Below, piece by piece: positions 52,590 to 64,000 of a stretch of 64,000 nt of DNA. Both the position numbers and the translations under genes were made by a program. Where the stretch lies: contig CAWFND010000008.1 in assembly GCA_963817095.1 (NCBI GenBank), positions 229,911 to 293,910 on the forward strand, in the 5' to 3' direction. The DNA comes from an uncultured Chloroflexia bacterium (GTDB lineage Bacteria > Chloroflexota > Limnocylindria > Limnocylindrales > CSP1-4). The notes under the pieces are model-generated. The model made no database searches and was not told where the DNA came from. It saw only the letters and a program-made list of their open reading frames with translations. Every line of letters starts with the position of its first letter. Position 1 is the first letter of the stretch.

Positions 52590-53864
52590 TCAGCGGGCGA
52601 CGGGCTGACTCCGCGCCACGTCCGCGAGGGCCGCCGCGAGGCCGTCGACCATCGTGTCGATCTCGGCCTCCGTGATGATGAACGGGGGCGAGACCTGGAG
52701 CGCGTGGCCGCGCAGGACGCGAGTGGCGACTCCACGTTCCAGGGCCGCGACGACGGCCCGCTCCGGGAGTCCCGCGTCGGCGGCCAGCAGGTCCGCCGAG
52801 AACGCGACCGCGGCGGTGAGCCCCACCGTTCGCACCTCGCCGACTCCCGGCGCCGACTCGAGTCGGCGGATCGCCCGGTCCAGGACCGGCTCCAGCTCGG
52901 CGACGCGCGCCACGAGCTTCTCGCCCTCGAGGATGTCGAGGTTTGCCATCGCGGCGGCCGCCGCACCGGCGTGTCCGGAATAGGTGTACCCGTGGCGGAA
53001 CACCGCGCCGGGCACGTCGTCATCCCAGAACGGCGCCCGGACCCGCTCGCCGACGAGCACGCCCCCGAGCGGCACGTAGCCGGACGTGACGCCCTTCGCG
53101 AAGGTGATCAGGTCGGGCTCGATCCCGTATCGCTGGGAGCCCCACAGGTGGCCTGTGCGGCCAAAACCGGTGATCACCTCGTCGGCGACGAGCAGAATGT
53201 CGTGCTCCCGGCAGAGGCGCGTCACCTCCGGCCAGTAGTGCGGCTCGGGCGGAATCACGCCACCCGCCCCGACGACCGGCTCCCCGATGAACGCGGCGAT
53301 CTCGCCGGACCGCTCCGCGAACAGGGCGCCCAGCGATTCCACATCCATCGTCCCGACGTTGACGACCTCGTCGATGAAGTTGCCACCGTAGCCGGTCTTC
53401 ATCGGCCCGATTCCGACGAGCGACGTTCCCCAGCCGTGCATTCCGTGGTAGCCGAACTCGCGCGACACGATGACCCGCTTCTCCGGGTGTCCGACGACGT
53501 CCCAGTAGCGGCGGACGAGCTTCGCGGCGGTGTCGACGGCGTCCGAGCCGCCGGAGCCGAGGAAGACGACGGCGTTCGGAAACGGCGCCAGCGCAACCAG
53601 CCGCTCGGCGAGCTCGATCGTCGGCTCCGACGTATACGCCCCGAACGACGAGTAGGCCGGCAGCCGGACCAGCTGCTCGCCGACCGCTGCCGCGATCTCG
53701 CCCCGGCCATAGCCGACGTTGCAGTACCAGAGGGCCGCGGTCGCATCGAGGTAGCGGCGGCCCGCGACGTCCTCGAGCCAGACGCCGTCCGCGGACCGGA
53801 TCACGACCTCGTGGTCGGCGACCGTATGCATGTCGGCGAAGCCGTGCCAGAACCTGGTCGTCAC
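52590..53864 (-). CDS. class III (omega) aminotransferase, PLP-dependent
   Basis: TTRFWHGFADMHTV...YLDATAALWYCNVGYGR...FIGEPVVGAGGVI...LLVADEVITGFGRTG...TFAKGVTSGY. Start taken at GTG (VTT). The listed ORF has a low-complexity N-terminal extension. Confidence 0.8.
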   Translation of the reverse strand: MTTRFWHGFADMHTVADHEVVIRSADGVWLEDVAGRRYLDATAALWYCNVGYGRGEIAAAVGEQLVRLPAYSSFGAYTSEPTIELAERLVALAPFPNAVVFLGSGGSDAVDTAAKLVRRYWDVVGHPEKRVIVSREFGYHGMHGWGTSLVGIGPMKTGYGGNFIDEVVNVGTMDVESLGALFAERSGEIAAFIGEPVVGAGGVIPPEPHYWPEVTRLCREHDILLVADEVITGFGRTGHLWGSQRYGIEPDLITFAKGVTSGYVPLGGVLVGERVRAPFWDDDVPGAVFRHGYTYSGHAGAAAAAMANLDILEGEKLVARVAELEPVLDRAIRRLESAPGVGEVRTVGLTAAVAFSADLLAADAGLPERAVVAALERGVATRVLRGHALQVSPPFIITEAEIDTMVDGLAAALADVARSQPVAR

Positions 53865-53925
53865 CTTGAGGACACCCCCGCGAGCTGCGAACCGTGGAGC
53901 CAGTAGCCTACCGTCGCCGATCGGC

Positions 53926-56706
53926 TCAGCGCAGCGCCTCGACCGCCTCGCGCTCGATGGCCAGCCCGTTGCGGTGGCGCTCGTAGTACTCGGCGAATCC
54001 CTGCACATCGCTCGGGTCGGGCGTGATGGGCTTGCCGATGATTCCGGCGATCCGCTCGTCGAGGAAGTCGGGCAGAGATGGCTTGGGGTCCGCATGCAGC
54101 AGGTAGGCGGCCAGCACGGCCATGCCCCAGGCCCCGCCCTCGCCGGCCGTGGCGGGGATGCTGACCGGGACGTCGAGGGCCGCGGCCATCACGCGCTGGC
54201 CGATGTCGCCGCCCTTGAAGAAGCCGCCATGCCCCCGGATCTCGTCGATGACGACCGCCTCCTGCACCGTGAGGATGTCGATGCCGGTCCGCAAGGCGCA
54301 CAGCTGGGCGAAGGTCAGCGCTCGCATGAAGTTCGCGAGGGTGAACACGCTGTCCTGGTTCCGTGCGAACAGTGGCCGGCCCTCGGTGAAACCGGTGATG
54401 TGCTCCCCCGAGACGTAGTTGATCGAGAGGAGCCCGCCGGCGTCCGGATCCCCGTGCAGGGCGAGGGGCAGGAGCTTGCCGTAGAGGTCGTCGACGCCCG
54501 TCTCGGCCCCCAGCGCCTCGGCGACCTGCCCGAAGAGCGCCATCCAGGCGTCGAGGTCGGAGGATCCATTGTTGGCGTGGGCCATGGCCACGGGCTTGCC
54601 ATCTGGCGTGACGACGATGTCGATCTCCTCGTGGAGGCGAGCCAGTCTCCTCTCCAGCACGATCATCGCGAAGATCGATGTTCCGGCAGACACGTTTCCC
54701 GAGCGCGGGCGCACGGCGTTCGTGGCGACCATGCCCGTGCCTGCGTCGCCCTCGGGAGGACACAGGGGAATGCCGGCAGGCAGCCTGCCGGCAGGGTCGA
54801 TCCGCCGCGCGCCCTCGCGGGTGAGCGTCCCGGCCGGTCGGCCGGCGGGCAGCACCTGGGGGAGGATGTCCCGGAGCGTCCAGCCCAGCTCGCGCGGTGC
54901 GATCAGGGCGTCGAACGTCGTCAACCGCGCCGCGTCCCAGTCACAGGTGTCGGGGTCGATCGGGAACATGCCCGAGGCCTCGTCCAGGCCGACCTTGTGC
55001 TCGCCCGTGAGCTTCCAGTGGACATAGCCGGCAAGCGTGGTGAGGTGGGCGATCCGCGGGACGTGCGGCTGCTCCTCCAGGATCGACTGGAACAGATGGG
55101 CGATGCTCCAGCGCTGTGGCACGGCGAAGTCCAGGAGCGGGGTCAGCTCGGCGCAGGCTCTCCCGGTGATGTTGTTCCGCCAGGTGCGGAACGGCACGAG
55201 CAGATCCCCCGTCGCGTCGAGGGCCACATAGCCGTGCATCATCGCGCTGAAGCCCATGGCGGAGACGGTCTCGAGCTCCAGCGAGAAGCGGTCGTCCACG
55301 TCCCTGGCCAGCGAGGCGTAGCACGCCGCCAGGCCCGACCAGACGTCCTCCATGTCGTAGGTCCAGACACCGTCCCTGAGCTGACTCTCCCACGCGTGCG
55401 AGCCCGATGCCAGGGGCGTCGTGTCGGGCGCGATGAGCGACGCCTTGATGCGGGTGGACCCGAACTCGATCCCCAGGATGGCTCCACCCGATCGGATCAG
55501 CGCCGCCGCGCTCTCCGGTCGGTCGTTCACGACGCCCGCTTCCGGTGGGGCTCGGAGCTCCGTGGAGGCCACCGCCTCGACCACGGGCGGCCTTGCCGTG
55601 GACTCTCGGATCACGAGGGATGGCGGAAAGACCCGCACCGTCGCCACGCCCCGACGCTGCGCCATCGCATCGGCATGCTCGTCCGCGCCCTTGTCGTCCG
55701 CGCCCACCGCGAGGGCGATCGCCTCTGCGGCCATGGCCGCGATCGGCATCCGGATGGTGGTCAGGCCGGGCACCGTCGACTTCGCCATCGGGATGTCGTC
55801 GAACCCGACGACCGACAGCTCGTCGGGGACGCGCACGCCACGGAGGAGGGCGCCGCGGAGGACCCCGATGGCAAGGACGTCCGTCGATGCAACGATCGCG
55901 GTCGGCCGCGGCGACAGACGCAGGAGCGCGTTGAGCGCGGCCTCCCCGCCCTCGGGCGTGTTGGCGACGTGCTGGAGGTACGCCTGGGGAATCTCGCCGA
56001 GGATCGCCGACACCGCCGCGCTGTAGGCGGCCTGCCGCTCGCGGATGTCGCCGAGGAGGCGGCCACCGATGAACGCGATCCGGCGATGACCCAGTCCGAT
56101 CAGGTGCTCCACCGCGAGTCTGGTGCCGAGGCGGTTGTCGACCTGGACGCCGGGAATGAGGTCGATCCTGGTGCCCTGCCACATCGCCACGACCGGTACG
56201 TGGGAGTCGCGCAGGTCGGCGACGAGGCGAGGCTGGTCCCCCATGTCGCCGAGCAGGAGGATCCCGTCGCATTGGCGCGCCTCGAGGATCGCCGCAAGCT
56301 CCAGGGCCTCGGTCGCCCGGGCGTGGGCGAGGCCGAGCACGATGTTGTAGCCGCGGGCTCGGGCCGCACTCGAGACGGCCTCGACGGCACCCGCGAAGAA
56401 CGGGTCGGTGATGTCTCGGACGATCGCCCCGAGGAGCATCATCGGCGCTCCACGGAGCGCTCGGGCCAGCGGGTTCGGTCGGTATCCGCGATCGCGGGCG
56501 GCAGCCAGAACGCGCTCCCGCGTCTCCTTGGCGATCGGCACCGACAGCGGAGCATCGTTGAGGATCCGCGACACCGTGCTCCGTGACACCCCGGTCGCGA
56601 TCGCGATGTCCTTCATGGTTGGTGGCCGCGCGCCACCGGCAGGCTTCCCGGGCCAGCCGTTGCTGCCGGCGCCGGCCGGGTCGGTCGGCGCCTTCGTTCG
56701 GCCCAT
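53926..56706 (-). CDS. single 926-aa ORF: LacI-family repressor (HTH plus periplasmic-binding fold) fused in-frame to an FGGY-family carbohydrate kinase
   Basis: [21 protein letters not shown]...[18 protein letters not shown] (typical LacI C-terminus), then [16 protein letters not shown]... and an FGGY kinase body of about 560 aa. No stop separates them. The ATG overlaps the permease stop (ATGA). Confidence 0.7.
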   Translation of the reverse strand: MGRTKAPTDPAGAGSNGWPGKPAGGARPPTMKDIAIATGVSRSTVSRILNDAPLSVPIAKETRERVLAAARDRGYRPNPLARALRGAPMMLLGAIVRDITDPFFAGAVEAVSSAARARGYNIVLGLAHARATEALELAAILEARQCDGILLLGDMGDQPRLVADLRDSHVPVVAMWQGTRIDLIPGVQVDNRLGTRLAVEHLIGLGHRRIAFIGGRLLGDIRERQAAYSAAVSAILGEIPQAYLQHVANTPEGGEAALNALLRLSPRPTAIVASTDVLAIGVLRGALLRGVRVPDELSVVGFDDIPMAKSTVPGLTTIRMPIAAMAAEAIALAVGADDKGADEHADAMAQRRGVATVRVFPPSLVIRESTARPPVVEAVASTELRAPPEAGVVNDRPESAAALIRSGGAILGIEFGSTRIKASLIAPDTTPLASGSHAWESQLRDGVWTYDMEDVWSGLAACYASLARDVDDRFSLELETVSAMGFSAMMHGYVALDATGDLLVPFRTWRNNITGRACAELTPLLDFAVPQRWSIAHLFQSILEEQPHVPRIAHLTTLAGYVHWKLTGEHKVGLDEASGMFPIDPDTCDWDAARLTTFDALIAPRELGWTLRDILPQVLPAGRPAGTLTREGARRIDPAGRLPAGIPLCPPEGDAGTGMVATNAVRPRSGNVSAGTSIFAMIVLERRLARLHEEIDIVVTPDGKPVAMAHANNGSSDLDAWMALFGQVAEALGAETGVDDLYGKLLPLALHGDPDAGGLLSINYVSGEHITGFTEGRPLFARNQDSVFTLANFMRALTFAQLCALRTGIDILTVQEAVVIDEIRGHGGFFKGGDIGQRVMAAALDVPVSIPATAGEGGAWGMAVLAAYLLHADPKPSLPDFLDERIAGIIGKPITPDPSDVQGFAEYYERHRNGLAIEREAVEALR

Positions 56707-57704
56707 CAGTACTCGAAGCGTCGACGGAGGAGCGCGTGGATGGAGACGGAGATCAGGATGACGGCGCCGTACACGACGCTGGGGTAGTAGTCGCTGAGCC
56801 CGATGGCGACGAGACCGGCCTGGATCCCGCCGATCATGAACGCGCCCAGAGCCGTCCCCCAGACGCTGCCGCGACCGCCGAACACCGACGTGCCGCCGAC
56901 GAAGATCGCGGCGAGCGTCGGGAGGAGATAGCCGTCACCCATCGACGGGTAGTAGTTGACGACCTGGAGGCTGTTGAGGACGCCCGCGAACGCCGCGGCG
57001 ACCCCGACGAGGACGAACAGCACGATCCGCGTCCGACCGATGGGGATGCCCATGAGCGTGGCGGCCTGCGCGTTGTCGCCGATGACGTAGGCGTTCTGGC
57101 CCAGCCGGTGACGGTTGAGCAGGATCCAGGTGGCGACGGCGATGAGGACGAGCCAGTAGAACTCCATCGGGATGCCGAACAGCCTGCCGACGAGGATCTC
57201 GTACAAGGGGGACGTCTGCGTGGTCACCAGCGGGTACTGCTTGCCGCCGACCAGGACCAGCGCCAGACCGCGGAAGAGGAACTGCGTCCCGATCGTCACG
57301 ACCAGTGACGGGATGCCGATGAACACCACGAAGAACCCGTTCAAGAGACCGCACAGGACGCCAACGCCGAGGGCCGCCGCGACGCCGAGCGCGACGCTGC
57401 CGGTGGCCTGCCACGCGCTGACGAAACCGACCATGCCGAGGGACATCGTCGCCGGGAACGAGAGGTCGATGTCGCCGGAGACGATCACCATCGTGAGGGG
57501 CATCGCGATGATCGCGAAGAACGGCGTCGTCTGGGCGAACGACTGGTAGATCGGCGCCCTCAGGAACGTGTTCGGCGCGAGGATCACGAAGGCGATCCAC
57601 AGGATGAGGAACGCCACGGTGATGCCGATCTGCGACGCCCAGGCGGCGAGGAAGGAGCTGCGACCGCTCCGCTGGGTTGCGACCGCCACGGGCGGCGCGC
57701 TCAC
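56706..57704 (-). CDS. sugar ABC transporter permease (RbsC/AraH type)
   Basis: Ten TM helices, 332 aa, a fold typical of monosaccharide ABC permeases. Confidence 0.85.
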   Translation of the reverse strand: MSAPPVAVATQRSGRSSFLAAWASQIGITVAFLILWIAFVILAPNTFLRAPIYQSFAQTTPFFAIIAMPLTMVIVSGDIDLSFPATMSLGMVGFVSAWQATGSVALGVAAALGVGVLCGLLNGFFVVFIGIPSLVVTIGTQFLFRGLALVLVGGKQYPLVTTQTSPLYEILVGRLFGIPMEFYWLVLIAVATWILLNRHRLGQNAYVIGDNAQAATLMGIPIGRTRIVLFVLVGVAAAFAGVLNSLQVVNYYPSMGDGYLLPTLAAIFVGGTSVFGGRGSVWGTALGAFMIGGIQAGLVAIGLSDYYPSVVYGAVILISVSIHALLRRRFEY

Positions 57705-58587
57705 GCGGGCCCTCCCGCAGGTTCGGAGGCCGGCTGACTCGGCGTCCGGTAGCGCTCGGCCTCGATATACGACCCGCTCGACGCGACCTCACGCATGATG
57801 TTCATGAGCTCCTCGAGCGAGTAGCGCGACGTCGGGAACTCACCCGCGACTCTGCCCCGATCGAGCATCACGATCCGGTCGGCGACCGAGTACACGTGGA
57901 AGATGTTGTGGTCGATGAAGATCGCCGACTTGCCCGCGGCCCGGATGCCCTCGACGAAGTCCGAGGAGCTTCTCGGTCTCCTTCAGCGACAGGCCCATCG
58001 TCGGCTCGTCGAGCACGATGATGTCGGCCTCGAAGTGGAGGGCCCTGACGATCGCCAGGCCCTGGCGCTCGCCACCCGACAGGCCCAGGACGCTCGTGTT
58101 CGGGTGTCAGGGCGGCCGAGGTGAAGCCCATCGACTCGCCCATGAGGTCGCGGGTGATGCGGCGCATCTCGCCGACCCGCAGGAAGCCGAGCCGATAGGT
58201 CAGTGGCCGACCCATGAAGATGTTGCGCCAGAGCGGCTGCTGGTCCGCCAGCGCTCGCTCCTGGTAGACGGTCTCGACGCCCAGGTCACGCGCCTTCTCG
58301 ACGGTGAGCCCCTGGACCGGCTCGCCGCCGAAGAGGATCTCGCCATGGTCCGGCTGATGGACGCCGGTGATGATCTTGATCAGGGTGGACTTGCCGGCGC
58401 CATTGTCGCCGAGCAGGCCGACCACTTCGCTCGCGCCGAGTCGGAAGTCGATGTCCTCGAGGACGTGAACTCCACCGAATGACTTGGAGACACCGCGAAG
58501 CTCGAGGCGTGGCGGAGCGGCGGGAGCAGATTGGCGGGCGCTCTCGCGCCCGCCAATCTGGCGGTCATCCGCCGGAGAGACCGCCAT
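57701..58587 (-). CDS. sugar ABC transporter ATP-binding protein, split across three frames (~58100, ~57960)
   Basis: Walker A GDNGAGKSTL...FTSAAL | NTSVLGLSGGERQGLAIVRALHFEADIIVLDEPTMGLS | VEGIRAAGKSAIFIDHNIFHVYSVADRIVMLDRGRV. Confidence 0.7.
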
Positions 58588-59642
58588 CTACCGGATCTGC
58601 TGTTGCACCAGGGGAGCGATCGCGTCGACGTTGGACTTGTCGACGAAGCCGCCGCCGGTGTTGACGAACAGGCCGCTGAAGCCGTACTTCTTGGTGAGGC
58701 ACAGCTGCTGGACGGCCATGAAGCCCTGGAGATACTGCTGCTGGTCGATGACCAGGCTGATGTAGCCGTCCTTGATGCCCTGCACCGTCGAGGCAGAGGC
58801 GTCGAAGCCGGCCATGTAGACGCTGCCGGCGGCGAGGTTGGCGGCCTTCATGTAGGTCGGGATCGTCGACGTCAGGTTGCCGTGGTCGATGAACATGGCC
58901 TTGACGTCGGAATGCGAAGAGACGTAGCCCGTGAAGGTCGGCGTCCCGTTGGCCGGATCCTTGTTGGTCGCGTCGTCGATCTCCTGGTAGTCGACGGTCA
59001 GGCCTGCCTTCGTCGAGCGCGTCGATGATCCCCTGGGTCCGCTCGCCGCGCCCGGCCTGGGCCTTGAGGCCCCAGACGAAGGCACGTTCGCCGGACTTGA
59101 GCCCGCCACGCGCGATGGCCTCGTTGGCGAGCGCGGCGCCCGCGTCGTGAAGGACCGCGCCGACGTAGCCGAGGCCCTTGGTCGCGTAGGCTCGCCTGGG
59201 CGTTGCCGAGCTCGGTGTTCATGACGGTGACGAGGATGCCCTGGTCCTCGGCCTGCTTGATCAGCGGGTCGAAGGCGGCATCACCGGGGTGACCCATGAC
59301 GGCGATGCCGTCGGGCTTCGTCGCCATCGCCTGCGAGAACTGGGTGATCATCTTGTTCGGGTCCCAATCGGACCACTGGTAGGTGACGTTGGGCCCGAAT
59401 GCCGCCTGGGCGGCCTTCGCACCGTTGTAGACGACCGTCTCGAAACCGCCGCCCGCCGTGCCGCCCGGGAAGAACACGAGGTTCACCCCGGAGCAGAACT
59501 GGGCGTTGGCGGCGGTGCCGGAGCCGCCCCCGCTCGCAGCGGGTGCCGCGGACGACGAAGTGGCCGAATTGCACGCACTCAACACGACGAGCGAGCTGAT
59601 CCCGAGGATCGCCAGCAACCGTCGAATGCCTTGTCTCGCCAT
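58588..59642 (-). CDS. sugar ABC transporter substrate-binding lipoprotein, split across three frames (~59185, ~59015)
   Basis: Lipobox LVVLSACNS. Periplasmic-binding-protein fold segments fall in three successive frames. Confidence 0.65.
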
Positions 59643-60125
59643 CTAGTGTTCCTCCAAGCCGATCACGCTGCCGGTCATCACCGGTCTGCCGTCCCCTCCT
59701 AGCTGCCGAACCTCCCTTCTACGTTGAGCTTGCGTCGCGGACGACCCTCGCCCGGATCCACATCCAGGGCCGGGGCGAACGTCTGTCGTGAAGAACGCGG
59801 GCAACGTCGGTCGCATGGTCGGCCGCGGGTCGGCGTGGGTCATCGCCGGAGAGCCCCTGGCCGCCGGTAGCGGACCAGGTCCCTCGACCCGCCAGGGCCT
59901 TCATTCAGACCTCCCTCGCCCCCGACATTCCGCGCGCCGGCCGGTGCCCGGTCATCGCGACCGATTAACGAGCCGACGTCTCAGCGGACCCATCGCCTCC
60001 CCCGTGCCCTTGCCGTGCCTCCTGGCACGTAGCGGCGGTGTGCAATCGAGTGTATGCACTCGTGTGCACGTGTCAAGCGGCAATCGTGCGACGGTCGCGT
60101 GCTCTGCCGGGCTGGCCTCCGGGCC

Positions 60126-60596
60126 TCAGGCCTGGGCGATCGGATCCAGACGGTGGTAGACGCCGGCCGCCGCCACGTGGCGGCGTGCCGCGCGGTACAG
60201 GAGGTTCGCCGGGAACGGCTGCTGCGTCCACGTCGCACGGATGACGGCATCACGCTCGGGCCCGGCGGCAAGCGTCACCACCGCGTAGCGGGGACCCGAG
60301 GGCCCCGACGGATCGACGTCGACCCACCCGGCGGCCTCGACGTTGAGCGTCCATGGGGCATGGCCGTTCGGATGCCCGACGTAGCCGCGACCACCGACCG
60401 TGATCAGGGTCACGAGGATCCGCCTCGGCGTTCCGGTCCGGCGGCCCACCGTCCGCAACTCGACGACGCCGCCGAGGCCCGGCAGGCCGTTGGCCCGCCA
60501 CGATTCGAGCAGGGGCGCGAACAGCCGGATCAGGCGATACGACACCCGGAACACCGCCGACCACATCGCCGACCGTCGCACCGGCAGCGCGCTCAC
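60126..60596 (-). CDS. deazaflavin (F420)-dependent nitroreductase family protein (DDN-like)
   Basis: LRTVGRRTGTPRRILVTLITVGGRGYVGHPNG...W.LN. ATGA overlap with the upstream gene. Confidence 0.75.
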   Translation of the reverse strand: MSALPVRRSAMWSAVFRVSYRLIRLFAPLLESWRANGLPGLGGVVELRTVGRRTGTPRRILVTLITVGGRGYVGHPNGHAPWTLNVEAAGWVDVDPSGPSGPRYAVVTLAAGPERDAVIRATWTQQPFPANLLYRAARRHVAAAGVYHRLDPIAQA

Positions 60597-61411
60597 GGCG
60601 GTGAGGATCCCCGACGGCGCCCGAACGAGCCGGGCCCGAGTGCGGCGGCGGCCTCAGCCGGTGAAGCGAGCGCAAGGCGCGCCGCCTCGGCGACCCGGGC
60701 GAGCTTCCGTAGCACCGTGTCCCGCGGGAGCGCCGCGAGCGACGGCGCATTGGCAAGACCCACCCGATCGATGCCCCGCCCCCCTGTCGAAGCGGCGTAC
60801 TGGGCGGCCCAGATGAGCACCTCGAGCGCCTCGTCGGCGTTCGGGCCAGGGCCCAGGGCGCCGCAGACGATGCCCCGATCCTGCGGCGCCAGCGCGATCA
60901 GTCGCCAGTCGTCCGGGCCGGCGATGAGGTCGAAGGCGTAGCTCGCATACGGCAGGTCGAAGAACGTCGACGCACCGGCTGCGTCATGGTTGCCGCGACT
61001 CAGCGCCAGCGACAGATGGGCATCGGCCACGCCGGCCGTCAGGCGGCGATGGGCGTCCACGAACCGTCGCCGCTCCCCGTCGACGACCGCGATCGCGAGC
61101 GCGTCCGGCTCGTCGATCTCGATGAACGGGCAGCCGGCGGTCGTGAGGGCGTCGATCGTCGCGGCGAGGGCGTCGGCGAGATCGGCGGGCCGGGTCCGGG
61201 GTCCGTCCCGGCCGGCCGAGTACGGCCCGGCGAGGACCTGCTTGACCGGTCGGCTGGTGGCCTCTGCGGCGGCTCGCCAGGCGTCGACGACGTCGCCCGG
61301 CGCCAGAGCCGCGCCGGCCGGAGCGGCGCCCGTCGCCAGCAGCTCGAGGCCGGTTCCCTCGATCTCTGCCAGGCCGATTGCCGGCAGCGGACCGAGCAGC
61401 GTCGAGAACAT
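60593..61411 (-). CDS. MetE/UROD-like superfamily protein (short cobalamin-independent methionine-synthase-like)
   Basis: A 272-aa C-terminal portion of the listed ORF. SD GGAGGT 4 nt before ATG 61411. The CPFIEIDEPDA block is MetE-like. The upstream half of the listed ORF is antisense to the kinase gene. Confidence 0.5.
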   Translation of the reverse strand: MFSTLLGPLPAIGLAEIEGTGLELLATGAAPAGAALAPGDVVDAWRAAAEATSRPVKQVLAGPYSAGRDGPRTRPADLADALAATIDALTTAGCPFIEIDEPDALAIAVVDGERRRFVDAHRRLTAGVADAHLSLALSRGNHDAAGASTFFDLPYASYAFDLIAGPDDWRLIALAPQDRGIVCGALGPGPNADEALEVLIWAAQYAASTGGRGIDRVGLANAPSLAALPRDTVLRKLARVAEAARLALASPAEAAAALGPGSFGRRRGSSPP

Positions 61412-61462
61412 GGGACCTCCGGACGGGGCGCCGATGCTACTCCATCGGGTAGCCTCGGCTGC

Positions 61463-63020
<1,558 letters not shown>

Positions 63021-63090
63021 CGGGGCGACGCTTCCGGGCAGATGGGCAGATGATGGCCGGAATGACCATTCGATCACCTCGAGGCCGCTG

Positions 63091-63648
63091 ATGCGTGTCG
63101 ATCCGACGGGACTCGCCGATCGCCTCCGACCGCTGCGCCGAACCCGCCAGGTCCGGGAGTTCGAGCCCGAGCCGCTGGATGGCGAGGTCCTCGATGCCCT
63201 TGCCGATGTCGCCCGCTGGACGGGGAGCAGCCGCAACACCCAGCCGTGGCGGTTCATCGTGATCGCGGACCGATCGACGCTCCGGGCCATCCACGCCGCG
63301 GGCCTCCCTCAGACCCGCGGGCTCGAGACCGCTCCCGCCGCGATCGCGATCGTCTTGCCGGCGGATCCCGCTCGCGCCGTTCACGATGCCTACGACGACG
63401 GGCGGGTCGCGGAACGACTCCTCGTCGCCGCTGCCATCCTCGACATCGGGGCCGGGATCAGCTGGATCCGGGCGGACGTCCGCCCGGAGATCAACGACCT
63501 CCTCGGCATCCCCGGCGGATGGATGGTCCGAACGGTGGTCCAGCTCGGGCACCCGACCGCGGCCGCCCGGGCCCCGAAAGCGGCCCCGGGCAAGGCGCGA
63601 CTGCCCCGGGGCGAGACCGTGTTCGAGGAACGCTGGCCCGCCGGCTGA
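63091..63648 (+). CDS. nitroreductase-family protein
   Basis: SSRNTQPWRFIVIAD... is typical of FMN nitroreductases. Confidence 0.8.
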   Translation: MRVDPTGLADRLRPLRRTRQVREFEPEPLDGEVLDALADVARWTGSSRNTQPWRFIVIADRSTLRAIHAAGLPQTRGLETAPAAIAIVLPADPARAVHDAYDDGRVAERLLVAAAILDIGAGISWIRADVRPEINDLLGIPGGWMVRTVVQLGHPTAAARAPKAAPGKARLPRGETVFEERWPAG

Positions 63649-63733
63649 ACGCGGCACCCACGCACCATTCGCCTTACCGTCCCCTTACACGACCCGGGAT
63701 CGGCGGTTCCCCCGCGGCGTATCCTCCGCCGCG

Positions 63734-64000
63734 ATGAAGACGATCCTCGTGGTCGATGACGAGCGCCACATCGTCGACCTCCTCCGGCTCTACCTGGAGA
63801 AGGAGGGCTTCGCCGTCGTCAGCGCGGCCGATGGCCAGGAGGCCCTCGACCGTCACGCCCGCCACGATCCCGACCTGGTCGTCCTTGACGTGATGCTGCC
63901 GAAGCTCGACGGCTTCGAGGTCTGCCGCGAGATCCGCCGTCGCGGCGACACGCCGGTCCTGATGCTCACCGCACGGGACGACGACATCGACGCGATCGTC
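63734..64000 (+). CDS. OmpR/PhoB-type response regulator, receiver domain (3' end beyond window)
   Basis: MKTILVVDDERHIVDLLRLYLEKEGFAVVSAADGQEALD...LVVLDVMLPKLDGFEVC. Confidence 0.8.
   Translation, partial: MKTILVVDDERHIVDLLRLYLEKEGFAVVSAADGQEALDRHARHDPDLVVLDVMLPKLDGFEVCREIRRRGDTPVLMLTARDDDIDAIV

Overview
This ~72% GC window is bacterial chromosomal DNA, most likely from an actinobacterium or another high-GC, F420-using lineage. No rRNA, tRNA, CRISPR array, transposase or integrase was found.

Gene content, start to end:
- 1-12 kb (minus strand): an apparent long operon of a P-loop ATPase, a VOC protein, an adenylate-cyclase/NB-ARC/TPR multidomain protein, a ChlI-like AAA+ ATPase, a vWA protein, a DUF2269 membrane protein, a class II aldolase and an APC permease.
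- 12.7-16.9 kb (plus strand): a translationally coupled block of ABC-2 exporter, rsgA and a tandem-GNAT acetyltransferase.
- 18.7-24.0 kb: a form-I (AYRCSFR) CO-dehydrogenase cluster, coxM-coxS-coxL, an XdhC protein fused to a YHS domain, and coxG.
- 29-38 kb: an accessory-looking stretch containing a YVTN propeller remnant, a SnoaL-like protein, a secreted DUF642 protein, a membrane class-III cyclase, an LLM oxidoreductase and an ECF sigma with a TolB-like anti-sigma, interspersed with a recurring ~20-nt motif.
- 38.4-51.3 kb: a form-II (AYRGAGR) coxS-L-M locus followed by a Moco-binding protein, a STAND-TPR protein, coxD, coxE, an XdhC protein, a MocA-like protein, a methyltransferase and thioredoxin.
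- 51.7-64 kb: an XRE regulator, an aminotransferase, a LacI/FGGY-kinase fusion ORF, a sugar ABC transporter, an F420-type nitroreductase, a MetE-like protein, a Ser/Thr kinase, a nitroreductase and the start of an OmpR-type response regulator.

Major caveat: at least 14 well-conserved genes are interrupted by single-base indels, mostly in G/C homopolymers. This points to uncorrected long-read errors or extensive pseudogenization. Boundaries of the affected genes were reconstructed by stitching frames and are approximate.

All calls rest on reading the translated sequence and on remembered family signatures. No database search was run.
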